DNA of 64,000 bases from Eledone cirrhosa. Its lineage: Eukaryota. The stretch lies in assembly GCA_964016885.1 (NCBI GenBank), contig OZ024741.1, forward strand, positions 303,242,001 to 303,306,000, read 5' to 3'. Numbering within the stretch: the first letter of the stretch is position 1; each line of letters starts with the position of its first letter. Shown in pieces: positions 35,552 to 48,667 of this stretch. The notes below the pieces were generated by a model. The model saw only the letters and a list, made by a program, of their open reading frames with translations, made no database searches and was not told where the DNA came from. Both the position numbers and the translations under genes were made by a program.

Positions 35552-35667
35552 TCACTGTTTAACCCTTTCATGACTGCATTTCTAATGAAATACACTCTAT
35601 TTTAATTAATTAATGAAGACTTTCAAGGGATTTACTAATTATATGTGTGAAAGTGTGTCTGAGTCTG

Positions 35668-35959
35668 CCTTCAGTCACAAATGACCATGGTTTTGCATCT
35701 AGAAAGTTCTCCTCTGAAGCACAAGTCCGGGCAAGGTTTGTGGAAGACCAGCAGTTGGCCATACATACCAGCCTCTCATCTCCACACCACCGATGTGGTC
35801 CAAGGGATAGGCAATAGCCAATACAGCTTGGCAGCTAAATCAACTGGAGCAACGCAAAATAAAGTGTCTTGCTCAAGGACACAACACACCACTCGGTCCA
35901 AGAATTGAACTGACAACGTCATGATTGCAAGCCCAATGCTCTAACCACTAAGCCATGTG
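35668..35959 (-). mobile_element. tRNA-derived SINE family B1
   Basis: Minus strand: tggcttagtggttaga A-box, gttcaattc B-box, gtgtccttgagcaagacactttatt; body shared with 50331-50665. Confidence 0.85.
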
Positions 35960-36403
35960 ATTTCATTCTATGTAATGTTATTATTTTTAACCTTTGACAA
36001 ACAATTTTCTTTTTTTTTCTTTTTACAATTTCTGAAACCAGATTTTTTCAGCAGTTATCTTCAATCTTCCTGGTCAAACTAAGTCAACCCGTAGCAAAGC
36101 TGTGAAGAATGTCCGACAACATGCTTGTTCAGTTCTTGTGAAAGTTTGCAAACAGTATCCTGATTTACTCTTTGTAAGATGATTTTTTTTTTGTTTTTTT
36201 CCTGTTTCATTTTTAACACCTGATAGTCCCTCTCCATACACATGCATGTATCATGAGTAATATATCATGCATCTTTGATGAGTTGTAGCGCACCTGAGCA
36301 CTGCACAATCATTTTCATTAATATTAAACACATATCCATTTGTTTTTCCTTATGTTATTCAGCTGTAAAATATATCAATTTGAACTTTAATATTTTACAT
36401 TTC

Positions 36404-36520
36404 GAAACGGCTTGAGCTCAGCCGTCGGGGTCTTACTGGTTCCTATTACCCACTCTACTACCTCAAGTATTGAGTACTTTGGTGCGTTATGGTCCACCTG
36501 GTTCCTTACCACATTTCCTT
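36404..36520 (+). repeat. Penelope-like module beginning with a hammerhead 3' half
   Basis: GAAA cggct-tgagctc-agccg TC ggggtc gives GAAA, a full stem III and a GUC triplet; the CUGANGA half is absent. Confidence 0.6.
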
Positions 36521-36522
36521 CG

Positions 36523-36578
<56 letters not shown>

Positions 36579-36735
36579 CTCTTCATCTCGAAGAAAATCT
36601 TCGATGGAATTATATGCGATAAAGGCCTATAAAAAATTATAACTCTCACCACATGATCTCATTGAAATCATCTCTTCAAGAATGCATTGAGTTCTAGCAA
36701 TGTTATCGGCCTCACTATAAACACATGGATATCAG

Positions 36736-36767
<32 letters not shown>

Positions 36768-36807
36768 CTCTTATCTCTTACTCCAATGGACAGTGTTTTG
36801 GCTTGTG

Positions 36808-36877
36808 TCAGACGCTGTGACCCCGGGTGGACCAGCAGTAACTTCAGTAGGGGTCGAAACTGCCAAAGTCCATCTGA
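36808..36877 (+). ncRNA. Degenerate hammerhead with a core deletion
   Basis: tcagacg CTGT gacccc...ggggtc GAAAC t-gccaa-a GTC catctga; stems I, II and III pair but CUGANGA is shortened. Confidence 0.55.
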
Positions 36878-37020
36878 ACGGCCGTTGACAGTGGAGTTCT
36901 GTGTCTTTCGTTTGTATTTTCATTATTTTTAAATATTTTTCTAAAGTTTCATATTAAAAAAAATTGCTTTTCGTTTCGCCTTGTTTTCGTTCGTTGTCCT
37001 CGCTTTGTCAATTTTCCTAA

Positions 37021-37071
<51 letters not shown>

Positions 37072-37176
37072 GTCCGACCGTTAAGGAACTAACATCGCAT
37101 GTTCGGCCGGCCCTCTGTATCAAACCTTTTCCAAACTTAAAGGTTTTTTAATGACATTTCATTCTTTTATAGGTTT

Positions 37177-37235
37177 ACCGCCTAAGGAGCTCATGCTGTC
37201 ATAACTGATAGTCCTTAGCGAAATATATATAATGG
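37177..37235 (+). ncRNA. Degenerate minimal hammerhead
   Basis: ccgc CTAAGGA gct...agc GAAA tatata TA atgg; G5 changed to A. Confidence 0.5.
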
Positions 37236-37321
37236 AGTTTAATAAACCTAAACCAAATTAATATGGCCTCGAATTTTTTATTAATATATATTAATATATA
37301 TATATATATATTAATAAAAAG

Positions 37322-37385
37322 ACTAGAGAAATGAGCGTTTCACGTATCGGGTTTTAGCCTTTCCTCGGGTGATGCAGTTTTCATA

Positions 37386-37420
<35 letters not shown>

Positions 37421-37422
37421 CA

Positions 37423-37458
<36 letters not shown>

Positions 37459-37520
37459 CTAGGAAAACGGCATCACCCGAGGAAAGGCTAAAACCCGATA
37501 CGTGAAACTCATTTCTCTAG
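37322..37520. repeat. Inverted repeat (~65-bp arms) around (TA)n(TACA)n
   Basis: ctagagaaatgagcgtttcacgtatcgggttttagcctttcctcgggtgatgc versus gcatcacccgaggaaaggctaaaacccgatacgtgaaactcatttctctag. Confidence 0.92.
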
Positions 37521-37660
37521 CCTCCATGTATGTGAACCTACTAACATTAATTGATTTTATTTTATCCGTCTTTGATATATCACTCACCCCAATCTCACCA
37601 AGCGTGAAATAATAATATTTGTAACATTTACTCCTCCGTTTGTCTGTTTTTGATATTCCG

Positions 37661-37773
<113 letters not shown>

Positions 37774-38190
37774 TACTATTATTTTCATTAAGGCCAAAAT
37801 TAAGTCTTGTTCTTCTGGAGTTTCTCTTGGGTACGCTACTATAGGATTCACCGTCAACACTCGGTGAATTTTCATATATATATGAAAAGATTCAGGAGCT
37901 CCGGCCGTTTCGACAGCTAGATCCGAAAGAAAGCGCCAGTATAAGTATATATAAATATATGTAAACTATGTGTGTGTGTATGTGTATATATATATATATG
38001 ACAGAGACATATATATGTATATATCTGGTTTTTAAAAAAAATCAACGGTTACAACCTAGAAAAATTACCGGCCGACCTACACCCGCTTATTCAAACCAAC
38101 CCCTTATTATTTGGGAACCGAGAGTACTCCGCTCAAAATACCTAACACTGTGTCTATACTGAGGAAAAACTATTGTTAAAATCTCATTTA

Positions 38191-38397
38191 GGATGGTGGA
38201 TTGGCAAAATCGTTAGAATGTTAGACAAAATGCTTTAAGGTGTATGTTCAGGCTCTTGACGTTCTGAGTTCGAATTTTCCCTTTCAACGTTCCGGGTGTC
38301 GATAGAATAAAAGTACCAGTTAAGTACTATGGTAGATATAATCGACTTTCCCCTTCGCTCAAATTTCCGGCAGTATGTCTATGTTAGAAAGAATTAT
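38191..38397 (+). mobile_element. Older diverged SINE family A relative
   Basis: ttggcaaaatcgttaga head, ctgagttcgaa, gtcgatagaataaaagtaccag. Confidence 0.65.
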
Positions 38398-38960
38398 CAC
38401 AATCTCCTTGCAAATCAAACATCTTGCAATATTTAGTTACATCTCGCAAGGGTAAGAGTTCATATTTTTCTTCCGGGATCACCTCAGTTGACTATTGATG
38501 CTCCCATACAAATTTGTGACCATTAGGCGTAAAATAAATCACTTCACTCTCTCTCTCTCTCTCGCGTACACACACACACACGAGTGTTTAGGGGCATGCG
38601 TACGTGTGTGGTTAGATTTTACGAGCAAAACGAACTGGTAAGAGACCCACGGGTAGACTCCAAACAAGATGGTTGGATAAGGCTGGTCAGGCTGGGGATC
38701 CAGCCGGATCAATTGGAAACGGTTGCTTCTGGCAGGACCCGCTGAAAGGAGAGTTCTCAAACTTTGCCCCCATGACCATCTCAGAAATAAGAGGGAGAAA
38801 AAGAAGAAGAAACTACAATTTTACTTTCAAGTTGAAAATCAGCAATATCAGAACAATAAGATGTTACATATTCAACTAATTAAAAGTAAAACCAGTAAAA
38901 TATTGACCAACACATCTTTCTGTATATTGTATATAATCGTATAAATCGAAGACTTTTTCA

Positions 38961-39108
38961 TTCTGAGTTCAAATCACTCCGAGGTCAACTTTGTCTTTCA
39001 TCCTTCCAGAGTGGATAAAATAAAGTACCAGTGAAGTACTAGTTGATTTAATCAATTTTGCCCTCTTCCCAAACTTGCTGGATTGATGATTAAATTATAA
39101 ATCAATAT
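38961..39108 (+). mobile_element. Diverged SINE family A relative
   Basis: ctgagttcaaatcactccgaggtcaactttgtctttcatcc...ataaaataaagtaccag. Confidence 0.7.
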
Positions 39109-39884
39109 TGTATAGGTTGAATCGTTCCACGAACATACGGAAAAAAATAACATGCGACTTATCTACTAGGCATTGTAAATATTCAATGTAAAAATCCATG
39201 CAACTTATACACGAGTATATACGGTATCTGTCGTGCAAACAAGAGAGCTTCTATGTGGTCACTTAACATTCTACAAATATGAGCCAAATTTTCTTAAATT
39301 ACACACCACTTTTTCAAACTAGGGAGATCACTTCGATTGTATGGTTCTATCAATTGATACACAAAAAGACGAAATACTAAATGCTATAATACCTTTTGAT
39401 CACGGGCATGAACTGGAATTAAACAACATCATCATGATATTTGGTGTTAACCTCTTGGTGATCGTTCAACTAACTGCTGGAAACCACAGTCTAATCCACC
39501 TTACATAACACAATTGAAGTTTTATATAATCTTAAAAAGGTCCTGGCGGAAGAAGCAACAAGATATTTGTGATTACTGATGCTTACTAACGAAACAATAT
39601 CATTAGTTACTTAATCAAAATAACAATATTTACATATATCTTCTCAATTGTCAAAGAGCTTTGGTCAAGAGTTTTGACTCTCAAATAATCGATCAAGAGG
39701 GAACCTCTACACGGTCCTTTGATTTGCTAGAAATGGCAATAAATCTTCAAAATGATAATTGAATTATTCTAGCAATGTCTAGCAGCGATTGGTTTTGAAT
39801 TTACAATTGAAATCCAGAACAGTGACAATAAACCCAAAACCCCGCGTTCGAATAGGGCAAATATATGATATTATATGTGATATT

Positions 39885-40050
39885 AGAGGGTCGGACGCCA
39901 TGCTTTGCAACATAGAGTTACGGCCCTTGCCATTCTGAGTTCAAATCCCGCCGAGGTTAACTTTGCCTTTCATCCTTACGGGGTCGATAAAATAAAGTAC
40001 CAGTAATGTACTGGATAATTGCTGGCCTTGTGCCAAAAGTAGAAACAATT
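39885..40050 (+). mobile_element. SINE family A, slightly 5'-truncated, at the start of a minisatellite
   Basis: B-box and body intact; a minisatellite unit fragment lies on its left (39855-39884) and the array continues on its right. Confidence 0.9.
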
Positions 40051-40667
40051 ATATATATATACAATGAAAAATATGGCACATACGCGATATTATATGTGAT
40101 ACATTATATATTATATATATATACAAGGGAAAATATAACACATGTATGATATTAAGTAACATATTATATATTATATATACAAGGGAAAGTATGCCACATA
40201 CGTCATATTATATGTGATATATTGTATAGTATATATACAAGAGAAAATATGGCACATATATATATTTTATAGATTATATATTATATATACAGGGGAAAGT
40301 ATAGCACACGCACATATTTATATCTATTTATATATATATAACATGTGATAAATTATGTATTCAAGAGAAAGTATGGCACATATATGATATTATATGTGGC
40401 ATATTATACATACAAGGGAAAATATGGGCCATACGCGATATTATATGTGATATATTTTTCCTTGTATATATAATATATAATATAATCTATACGGCATACT
40501 TTCCCTTATGTATATAATATATCACATATAATATCATATATGTGTTATTTTCCTTGTATATATAATATATAATATAACACATATATGATATTATATGTGA
40601 TATATTATATACATAAGGGAAAGTATGCCGTATAGATTATATTATATATACAAGGAAAAAATATATC
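40051..40667. repeat. Degenerate ~55-60-bp minisatellite ending in a ~220-bp fold-back (40449-40667)
   Basis: Units caagggaaaatatggcacatatatgatattatatgtgatat...; inverted arms ttttccttgtat...gtgttat / ataacac...atacaaggaaaa. Confidence 0.85.
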
Positions 40668-40761
40668 CGGTTTACTTCTCTTTCCGCTTTGTTACATGTT
40701 TTAGTGAATAATTGTAGATTTTAATTCGTTTCCCACAATAAAATTGTAATTAGTACATACA

Positions 40762-40878
40762 TAATTATTTCTACTTTTGGCACAAGGCCAGCAACTAACC
40801 AGTGCATTACTGGTACTTTATTTTATCGACCCCGTAAGGATGAAAGGCAAAGTTAACCTCGGCGGGATTTGAACTCAG
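40762..40878 (-). mobile_element. SINE family A, 5'-truncated
   Basis: Body and B-box present, head missing. Confidence 0.88.
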
Positions 40879-41116
40879 TACATTATACATATATATACAT
40901 TTATGTGTGTATATATATACAAATGTATAAAAACATGTACACATGTATAAATATATTTATACATGTGTACATGTTTTTATACATTTGTATATATATACAT
41001 TTATGTGTGTATATATATACAAATGTATAAAAACATGTACACATGTATAAATATATTTATATATACATGTACACATGTACACATGTATAAATGTATATAT
41101 ACATGTACACATGTGA

Positions 41117-41150
41117 CTCAGCTGGATGGCTGGAACAGGTAAAAGAGTAA
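41117..41150 (+). mobile_element. Ultra-short 3' tip of the CR1-group LINE, or of a SINE sharing its tail
   Basis: ctcagctggatggctggaacaggtaaaagagta matches the LINE terminus at 23876-23907 and 49187-49225. Confidence 0.7.
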
Positions 41151-41200
41151 TATACAAATGTGTATATATATATATATATATATACATAAATGTATAGATT

Positions 41201-41240
<40 letters not shown>

Positions 41241-41249
41241 AATGTATAG

Positions 41250-41284
<35 letters not shown>

Positions 41285-41293
41285 AATGTATAG

Positions 41294-41348
<55 letters not shown>

Positions 41349-41360
41349 AATGTATAGATT

Positions 41361-41422
<62 letters not shown>

Positions 41423-41474
41423 AATGTATACATTTATGTATATATATATATATACATACATAAATGTATACATT

Positions 41475-41520
<46 letters not shown>

Positions 41521-42481
41521 AATGTATACATATATATATGTGTGTGTGTTTGTATGTATGATTGTTTTGTCAGAGAGAGAAGGAAAAGCGGAGACCTAGC
41601 AGAATACATGCAATAATGTTGGTCCCCCACTGAAGTCACCCAAAAGTTAGACTGTGCTTTGTTAAACCGGGTGACGGATTGTGGGTATGTTCACAATTAT
41701 ATATGTGTGTGTGTACATGTGTATACACCCATATATAATTGTGAACATACCCACATTCATACCTACATGTGAAAGTTGGTGTGTGTATATTAAGTACTGC
41801 TTCTCTAATTTCATGTCAAATACATAAAATTGTTGTATGTTTATGTAAATATATCCAAGTTATATGTTTAGTGTCAATGCTTATGCCACATTGGGTGTTT
41901 ATGCAATCAATTACAGGAGATTGTGAACATAGGGAAAAGCTACGTATAAAAATTCCAATGTTTGGTAAATTTTTAATATTACACCCGTCTCATGGTCTAT
42001 AAAATATAGTACCAGTTGTGTATAAGGTTGATAGAATCCACTCTCTCCTTACCCCAGATAGCTGGCATTGTGCCAATGTTAGAAAGTTATTACACCCGTC
42101 TTTCGAGACGCTGTAATTGAATTTGTTTTTAACTTTAATGGTAGTTTGATGAGAATTCTGAAGGTGATTTGAACGAATATGGTCTTCAAAACAGTCGTAA
42201 ATTACTCAGTTTCTCTGTTTCCCCACTGTTTCCTCCATAAAAACAACTCACCAAATGTGTGGAGATGAGTTTACTTAAGAGAAAAAGGAAGGGTTCCTTT
42301 ACGTAGTCGCTTGGCTTGCTAGAAATAGTTGCTACATTCCCCCTAGCCAAGCCCTACAGTTTTAATAGGCAGAGAGGACACATAGGCCCTACTTCTGTTC
42401 AAACAGTATTGACCGGAATAACTGCAAACATGCTGGTGTGTATATACAGCATTAACTGAGGAGGAACACACACACACACAC

Positions 42482-42545
<64 letters not shown>

Positions 42546-42596
42546 AATAAAGCGATAGGAGGCCGGAAAGTTGAAATTCCTTTAAAGTTTTTATTT

Positions 42597-42644
<48 letters not shown>

Positions 42645-43010
42645 AGTGTGAGTTGTGGTGTGTATGAATATGAAAATACATGAATAATTATATATATATA
42701 TTATATCTATATTGTGAACATAAATTTATATACTTTATTGCCTGTCTTTGGTTACAGTAATATACACATATTAAACCCTGCCAACCCATTACTTTGTGTG
42801 CTTGTGCGTGTATGTCAATGAATATATGGGTGTCTGTGTTTGTAAAAGACTGCCTTTAGCTATGTGCAAAATATGATTATAAAGAACAGTTGCATGTTTA
42901 CACACACACACACACACAAACAAGTAGGGGATCAGGATGGTGTGATATGATTATTGTGTAAAATTAAAATTCATTAATTTGTTTACATCACGCTTCTGCG
43001 GGATTTTCGT

Positions 43011-43048
<38 letters not shown>

Positions 43049-43226
43049 ATTGTAAAGTACAGTTAGTGTAGGTTCACCAGAGTGAGCACTCGATGCATAG
43101 TTTCAAGTAAGTATAAAGGTGTAGAAATTAGATCGATATAGATCGAATCTTGACCTGATCAATAGCGAAACGCGCGTCACCACTCAATAAACATTATAAA
43201 GTAATAAAGACATAACAAATCGTTTT

Positions 43227-43265
<39 letters not shown>

Positions 43266-43467
43266 GAGAACAAATTTACAAAATGTGTCGATGTATATAT
43301 ATATATGTGTATATTATGTGTATATGTATGTACACACACACAAATGTATGTATATGTGTATGTTTTTATTTATTATGTGTATAGGTATGTTTGAAAACTG
43401 ACCACAAATGATCCCTTAACACATACTAGTCAAAACAAACACCATTCACTATCAACACACAATCCAA

Positions 43468-43660
43468 TGAGATACCCTCTATGTGGTCCATTCCATTTGC
43501 TAGAAATAACAGCCATATCTTCCTCAAATCACATGCTACCATTTGGAAGAAAAGAAAGAAAGAAAGAAAGAAGAAAAGACACATTGGGTAATGTAATCCT
43601 AGATACACTATGTCTGGGAAAAAAAGCCATGTTCATGGCTGGAAATCTTTTGATTATGAA
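43468..43660 (+). repeat. Old dispersed repeat family (representative copy)
   Basis: Motif cctctatgtggtc...ttgctagaaataacagcc...aaatcaca...catggctggaa; related copies near 39243, 39697, 42288, 54170, 55220, 55637 (+) and 57545-57695 (-). Confidence 0.6.
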
Positions 43661-43725
43661 TTTACTTGATCACAGATAACCTACGCCAAACAGTTATAAT
43701 AGCAATATGATGAAAGAGATGACAG

Positions 43726-43914
43726 CACCAGCTATTGATGACGAAATCACCCTTAAGTTTAGATCACCAGCTATTGATGACAAACCCCCCTAAGTTTAGA
43801 TCACCAGCTATTGATGACAAACCCTCCTGAGTTTAGATCACCATCTATTGATGACAAAATCCCCCTAAGTTTAGATCACCAGCTATTGATAACGCAACGC
43901 CGCTAAGTTAAGAT
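43726..43914. repeat. Minisatellite, 5 units of 37-39 bp
   Basis: caccagctattgatgac-N9-11-taagtttagat starting at 43726, 43765, 43802, 43839 and 43877. Confidence 0.95.
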
Positions 43915-44445
43915 TGTTTCATAAGTTAACTTATGAAATATTATTGTTTTAATCCAGTTAGAAGTTCAATAAATTAAGGAGCGGTTAGTCAGTTCGTCGT
44001 TTTCTTTCATAACACTAATACACTCATTACAGCTATGTCCATTTAAAAATATACTAATTAATCGCTTGCGCACGTGTATGTGTACGTGTGTGTATGTGGG
44101 CGAGAGTGTGTGTATGTGTGAGTGTGCGTACATGTGTGTGTATGCGTGTGTGTGTGTGTGTGTGTGTGTGAGCGTGCCTCTGCGTGTGTATGTGTGTGTG
44201 TTAATATTATAACATCAACTTTGTTTTTCCTTTCTTGAAATATTTTTAAAGTTATATCTGAATAATAAAAAGAAAGAAATTGCGCAAGAAAATACAATAT
44301 CGGAGCATGAAAAAAATTGTTACGGGAAAAATAACAACAACAGGAATGGTAAATATACATAGAACTATGAAAACGAAATTATTGTTCTTTCTTCAATAAT
44401 TGGAAATTGGTAATCAATAAGAAATAAACATAGCACAACACTTAC

Positions 44446-45111
44446 CGGTCTGTTCCTGGAAGCACTTAAACAAAATGTACACACGGGCTTTGGCATATCA
44501 TGTCCTCTAATCATTGCCTGGTGTTTTATACATGGCTGGTCTATACTATTCGAACCAACCATTAATACTGTGTTCAAATGAGCTATATAACTGGTCGCTA
44601 ATCGCAAAGTTTCGATTTTCGATAATTTGCGGTCGGCTGGTTCTGTTGGTATTAATGTTCGAAGTGTAACAAAAGCTGTGTTCACACTGTGCGTGCGGTC
44701 ACGTTCCCTAGCGTTAGCAGCCATTCGTTGTCTTGGAATCTGCGAAGCTGGAGGTATAACTGTGGCCGGAGAGGAGGGCCCGTGAGATGTAGGCGAGCTT
44801 TTGCGTTTACGATTCACTTTAGGTCCACTGTTGTTGTTCTTACTCCCGTGGGTTGAAGCACTACTGCGACGACTAGCACTGCACGAGTCCTCTGTAGACC
44901 AGGAACTTTCGCTACAATCTGACAGGCTGCAGCCAGCCGATTCCTGATGCTGTATAGGCACTGCCAAATCGTCTTCCCCAACTTTCGTTTTCTTGTGACA
45001 AGGCTCGTTGTAGACTGGACGCAGATTGTCTCCCATATCCAGACAAACATTCAATTGAGTAGGGTAGCGCGGGGAACGTGTTTGAAGGCCGTTCTGGGAG
45101 GTGTGGCGCAT
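44446..45111 (-). CDS. Scleraxis/paraxis (TCF15)-like bHLH transcription factor, coding exon 1
   Basis: [53 protein letters not shown] bHLH plus the QPC and [10 protein letters not shown] motifs of the Scx/Paraxis family; CCG|GTAAGT phase-0 donor at 44445; start could instead be the downstream Met (MGDNLR); last exon not identified. Confidence 0.95.
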
Positions 45112-46483
45112 CGGCCAGAACAGTCAGACACCGTTCTGGGCGGCCCAATTCTTACAGACATAAACAAGTGGAGCGACTTCCAGCCTTTCTTTAGGAGTGG
45201 AATTTAAATATTACTATTAATAATAATAGTAGCATCCAAAGTAAATTAATTCTGTCTCTCTTTTCTTCTGTGAACGCGCGATGGATTAATTGATCGTTTG
45301 TTAGCCTTTTTCGAGTTATTAATTCAAATACTAAGTAATTATTAAATAGATTAGAGAAGGAAAATAACGAGGCTTTAGATACAAGAATTTGTAATATATA
45401 AATCTACATTAATATCCATACATATATAAACCGGTTATACATATTGAAGCCACAGTTATATATTTAAGTGAGGCGGGGAGGACTGATTAAGGAAAAGAAA
45501 AAATGTGAATATATAAAATATATAAATAAGAAGTACGATATATTTCCAGGATTACACTTACTTAACTCCATAAGTGTTCGTTAAGACAAGAATTAATTGA
45601 AATGTAACATAGAACTAAACTAAGCTCCAAATTGGTGTTCTCTAACTAAGTATTAAGACAAGTTTTGTAACGGATAGGGAGAGGACTAATTTATACTTTA
45701 AAAAAGAAGTTAATATCGAAATACTAAAACAAGAATTAGTTTAAATTTAAAATATTGGAATATTTAGTTTAAACGCTAAATACGTTTCTTTTAACTAGGT
45801 ACTAAAGCAACTTTTGTAAGGATGGAGAGAAGGCTAAATTATATTTTTTATAAAGTTAATATCGAAATACAAATTAATCTGAACCAAGATCGAATCTTCT
45901 GTTTACATACTAGGATAAATTTTTTAAAGAAAAGAAAAACATAAAAAAGCATCAGTAAATAAACAAATATAAAAATATGATTTATCACGCTAATTCGTTG
46001 AAAGAAGTTGTAAACTCTGTAGTCCTATAGGAAGCTACTTCATAATTAATCCAAATTTGGTTCAGGATGTAATACACAGAAGCAGTTCATATCTGTTTCA
46101 TTCTCCTACCATCGTCCCTAGCAGACGTGCTTCCCACTAGATGTCAGGGCAATCAATAGAGACATTTCAACAAGTAAGACAGCAAGTAGTAGTAATAATA
46201 ATAATAATGTTGGATATCACTATACACATTATTTACCGACCCAACTGGCATATTTCATTCAACTCCTGAACTATTAAGATTCGTTTGACGGTGGATCTTA
46301 ACATTTTGAAGACTGCAAGCGTAAGTGACTACCTCTTTATCTTTCTATTTACATAACACGTGTATACATACATGCATGCATGCATACATACATTAAATAT
46401 ATTTTTAGCATAAGAAAAGTAAAGGTATTCGCTGCAAATAATAGCAAAAAAAAACAAACAACAACAACATCAACAATATTATA

Positions 46484-47078
46484 ATAATCGTTTCTAACTT
46501 TGTCATACAATTTTGAAAAAAGAGAAATATATAACCTATTTAATCGAATCCCCAACACTTGGGTGGCAGAATATTTTATCAAGCCCTCCACCAACAACAA
46601 ACCCCACTAAAAGGAAGAAAAACAAAGTTAATACTGTACAATCTTAAACACAGAAAACTAAATACTACGAGATAATTTGCCTCCCACCGATATTGCCATA
46701 ATAATGGTTTCTGATTTAGGCACAAGGCCAACAATTCTGGGGGAGGGGAAAGTCGAATAGGTTACCCCTCCTCCCTTCCCCAGTGTATTACTGGTACTTT
46801 ATTTTTATCGACCCCGTAAGTATGAAAGGCAAAGATAGCCTCGGCGGGATTTTAACTCAGAACGTAAAGGTCATAACTATATGCTGCAAAGCATGGTGTC
46901 TGACGCTCTACCGATACTGTCAATCTATCCATGATAATGGTTTCTGATTTAGGCACAAGGCCAACAATTTGAAGGGAGGGGCAAGTCGATTAGATCAACC
47001 CAGTGCATTACTGGTACTTTATTTTATCGACCTAGTAAGGATGAAAGGCAAAGCTAACCTCGGCAGGATTTGAACTCA
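46484..47078 (-). mobile_element. Three tandem SINE family A relatives upstream of the bHLH gene
   Basis: Degenerate copy ~46484-46698, full copy ~46702-46925, 5'-truncated copy ~46935-47078; the latter two carry an extra gggaggggaaagtcga segment. Confidence 0.8.
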
Positions 47079-47274
47079 ATAATAATAATGATTTCTTTAA
47101 TAATAATAATAATAATAAAGATGCTGATTTCATTTGTTAGCCACAAGGGCGCTAGATGATTGGGACATTACAAGGACAGGTTTCCGAGTATTAGAAAAAA
47201 ATGTAGGTAATATACATAAGCCAAATCTGTCTTCCTTCTCTTTCACTCTGTCTTTATATATATTAACAGTTGTT

Positions 47275-47420
47275 TTTAGATATACATTCATTTCATTAAG
47301 GCTAAATAGTGAGTCTTGTTTCTCATTTCAGTAACAAGAGTCTATTTAGCCTTAATAAAATGAATATTAAAACTCTACTTCGGTATTGAGTACTCTTTTC
47401 TCTCAGTCGTCAACAACATA
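47275..47420. repeat. Fold-back of Penelope-like module family P2
   Basis: attcatttcattaaggctaaatag...tcttgtt / aacaaga...ctatttagccttaataaaatgaat; continuation matches 49935-50020. Confidence 0.75.
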
Positions 47421-47545
47421 CAAATATATATATATATTTATATACATACATACATATATACATATTTCTTAAAATAACAGATTAAAGTTTAAGCAAAGAA
47501 TCGTTGCTTTCACCCTTAACGGGATCTTCGAACCCTCTTAGGGTT

Positions 47546-47568
47546 TTAGTCTTCACATTTATTATTAT

Positions 47569-47610
<42 letters not shown>

Positions 47611-47633
47611 ATAATAATAAATGTGAAGACTAA
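47546..47633. repeat. Perfect inverted repeat around (TA)n
   Basis: ttagtcttcacatttattattattac (TA)n gtaataataataaatgtgaagactaa; same family at 14640-14790 and 57127-57158. Confidence 0.92.
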
Positions 47634-47740
47634 TATATATATGTGACTAATATATATATGTGACTAATATATATATATGACTAATATATATATATGACTA
47701 ATATATATATATATATGTGAAGACTTATATATATATAAGC

Positions 47741-47921
47741 AGAAGGGATATTCAATTTGTTGGTAATTCAACAAATATAAATGTTTATAACTGATTCAGA
47801 ACACTCAACAGTTTTTCTGGAGTATATATATTTCAACGGTACCAAAAATGTTGGTACCCTTGAAATATATATAATAGAATAAATATGGTTTTATAAATAT
47901 AATTTCCCTTTATTTAATATC
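47741..47921. repeat. Family P1 fold-back centred on the hammerhead stem II
   Basis: tatatatatttcaacggtaccaa-aaatg-ttggtacccttgaaatatatata; left part resembles 33143-33230 inverted, right part resembles 33080-33139. Confidence 0.8.
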
Positions 47922-48519
47922 ATTGTATATATATATATATATATATTTAAAAAATAAGAACAAAGCATGAACGGAAGAAAGTTTTCCTTCATCAGTTGTC
48001 TGCTGAAGGAAAACTTTCTTCATATATATATATATATTATATGTGTGTGTGTGTGTGTTTTATTTATCCGGCACCGAAAATAACTTTCAGATTACTAATC
48101 ACTTACTACAAAGAGAATTCAATTATGTTCTCTTTATCCTCCTCCACCTCATCACCAACATCATTGTCATCATCATCAAGAAATATTAATTGTTTTCAGA
48201 TTTATTTTTATAGATTGTTAGACGAGGAAAAGATAACCCCAAAATATGTACAAATAGATAAATAATCACAAGATAATCTTAGTGAATTATAAAAATCAAA
48301 CCACTTCATCGTGTTGGCATGTTCTGTTTTGAGATACCACTACGACTATCGCCAGCAATAACCACACCGCCACCACATCCTAATAACTAGCAGACAGTGA
48401 CGTGTGAGGTGGGAGGTGCTTATTCTGTTATGCTTTCTTTCTTTCTTCTAAAAATAATCTCCGCTGGTGTGTTGTGTTTTTAATATATCTGGGGTTTTTG
48501 TGTGAATTCCGTACCCCAA

Positions 48520-48596
<77 letters not shown>

Positions 48597-48629
48597 GTGT
48601 GTATATATATATATAGGATGGTGTATATA

Positions 48630-48667
<38 letters not shown>

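Noticed and set aside
43726-43914. CRISPR-like repeat/spacer array
   Set aside because: The variable parts are only 9-11 nt and similar to each other; eukaryotic context with no cas genes
46165-46330. Plus-strand splice donors of a divergent lncRNA upstream of the bHLH gene
   Set aside because: GTAAG motifs alone are expected by chance and there is no other support
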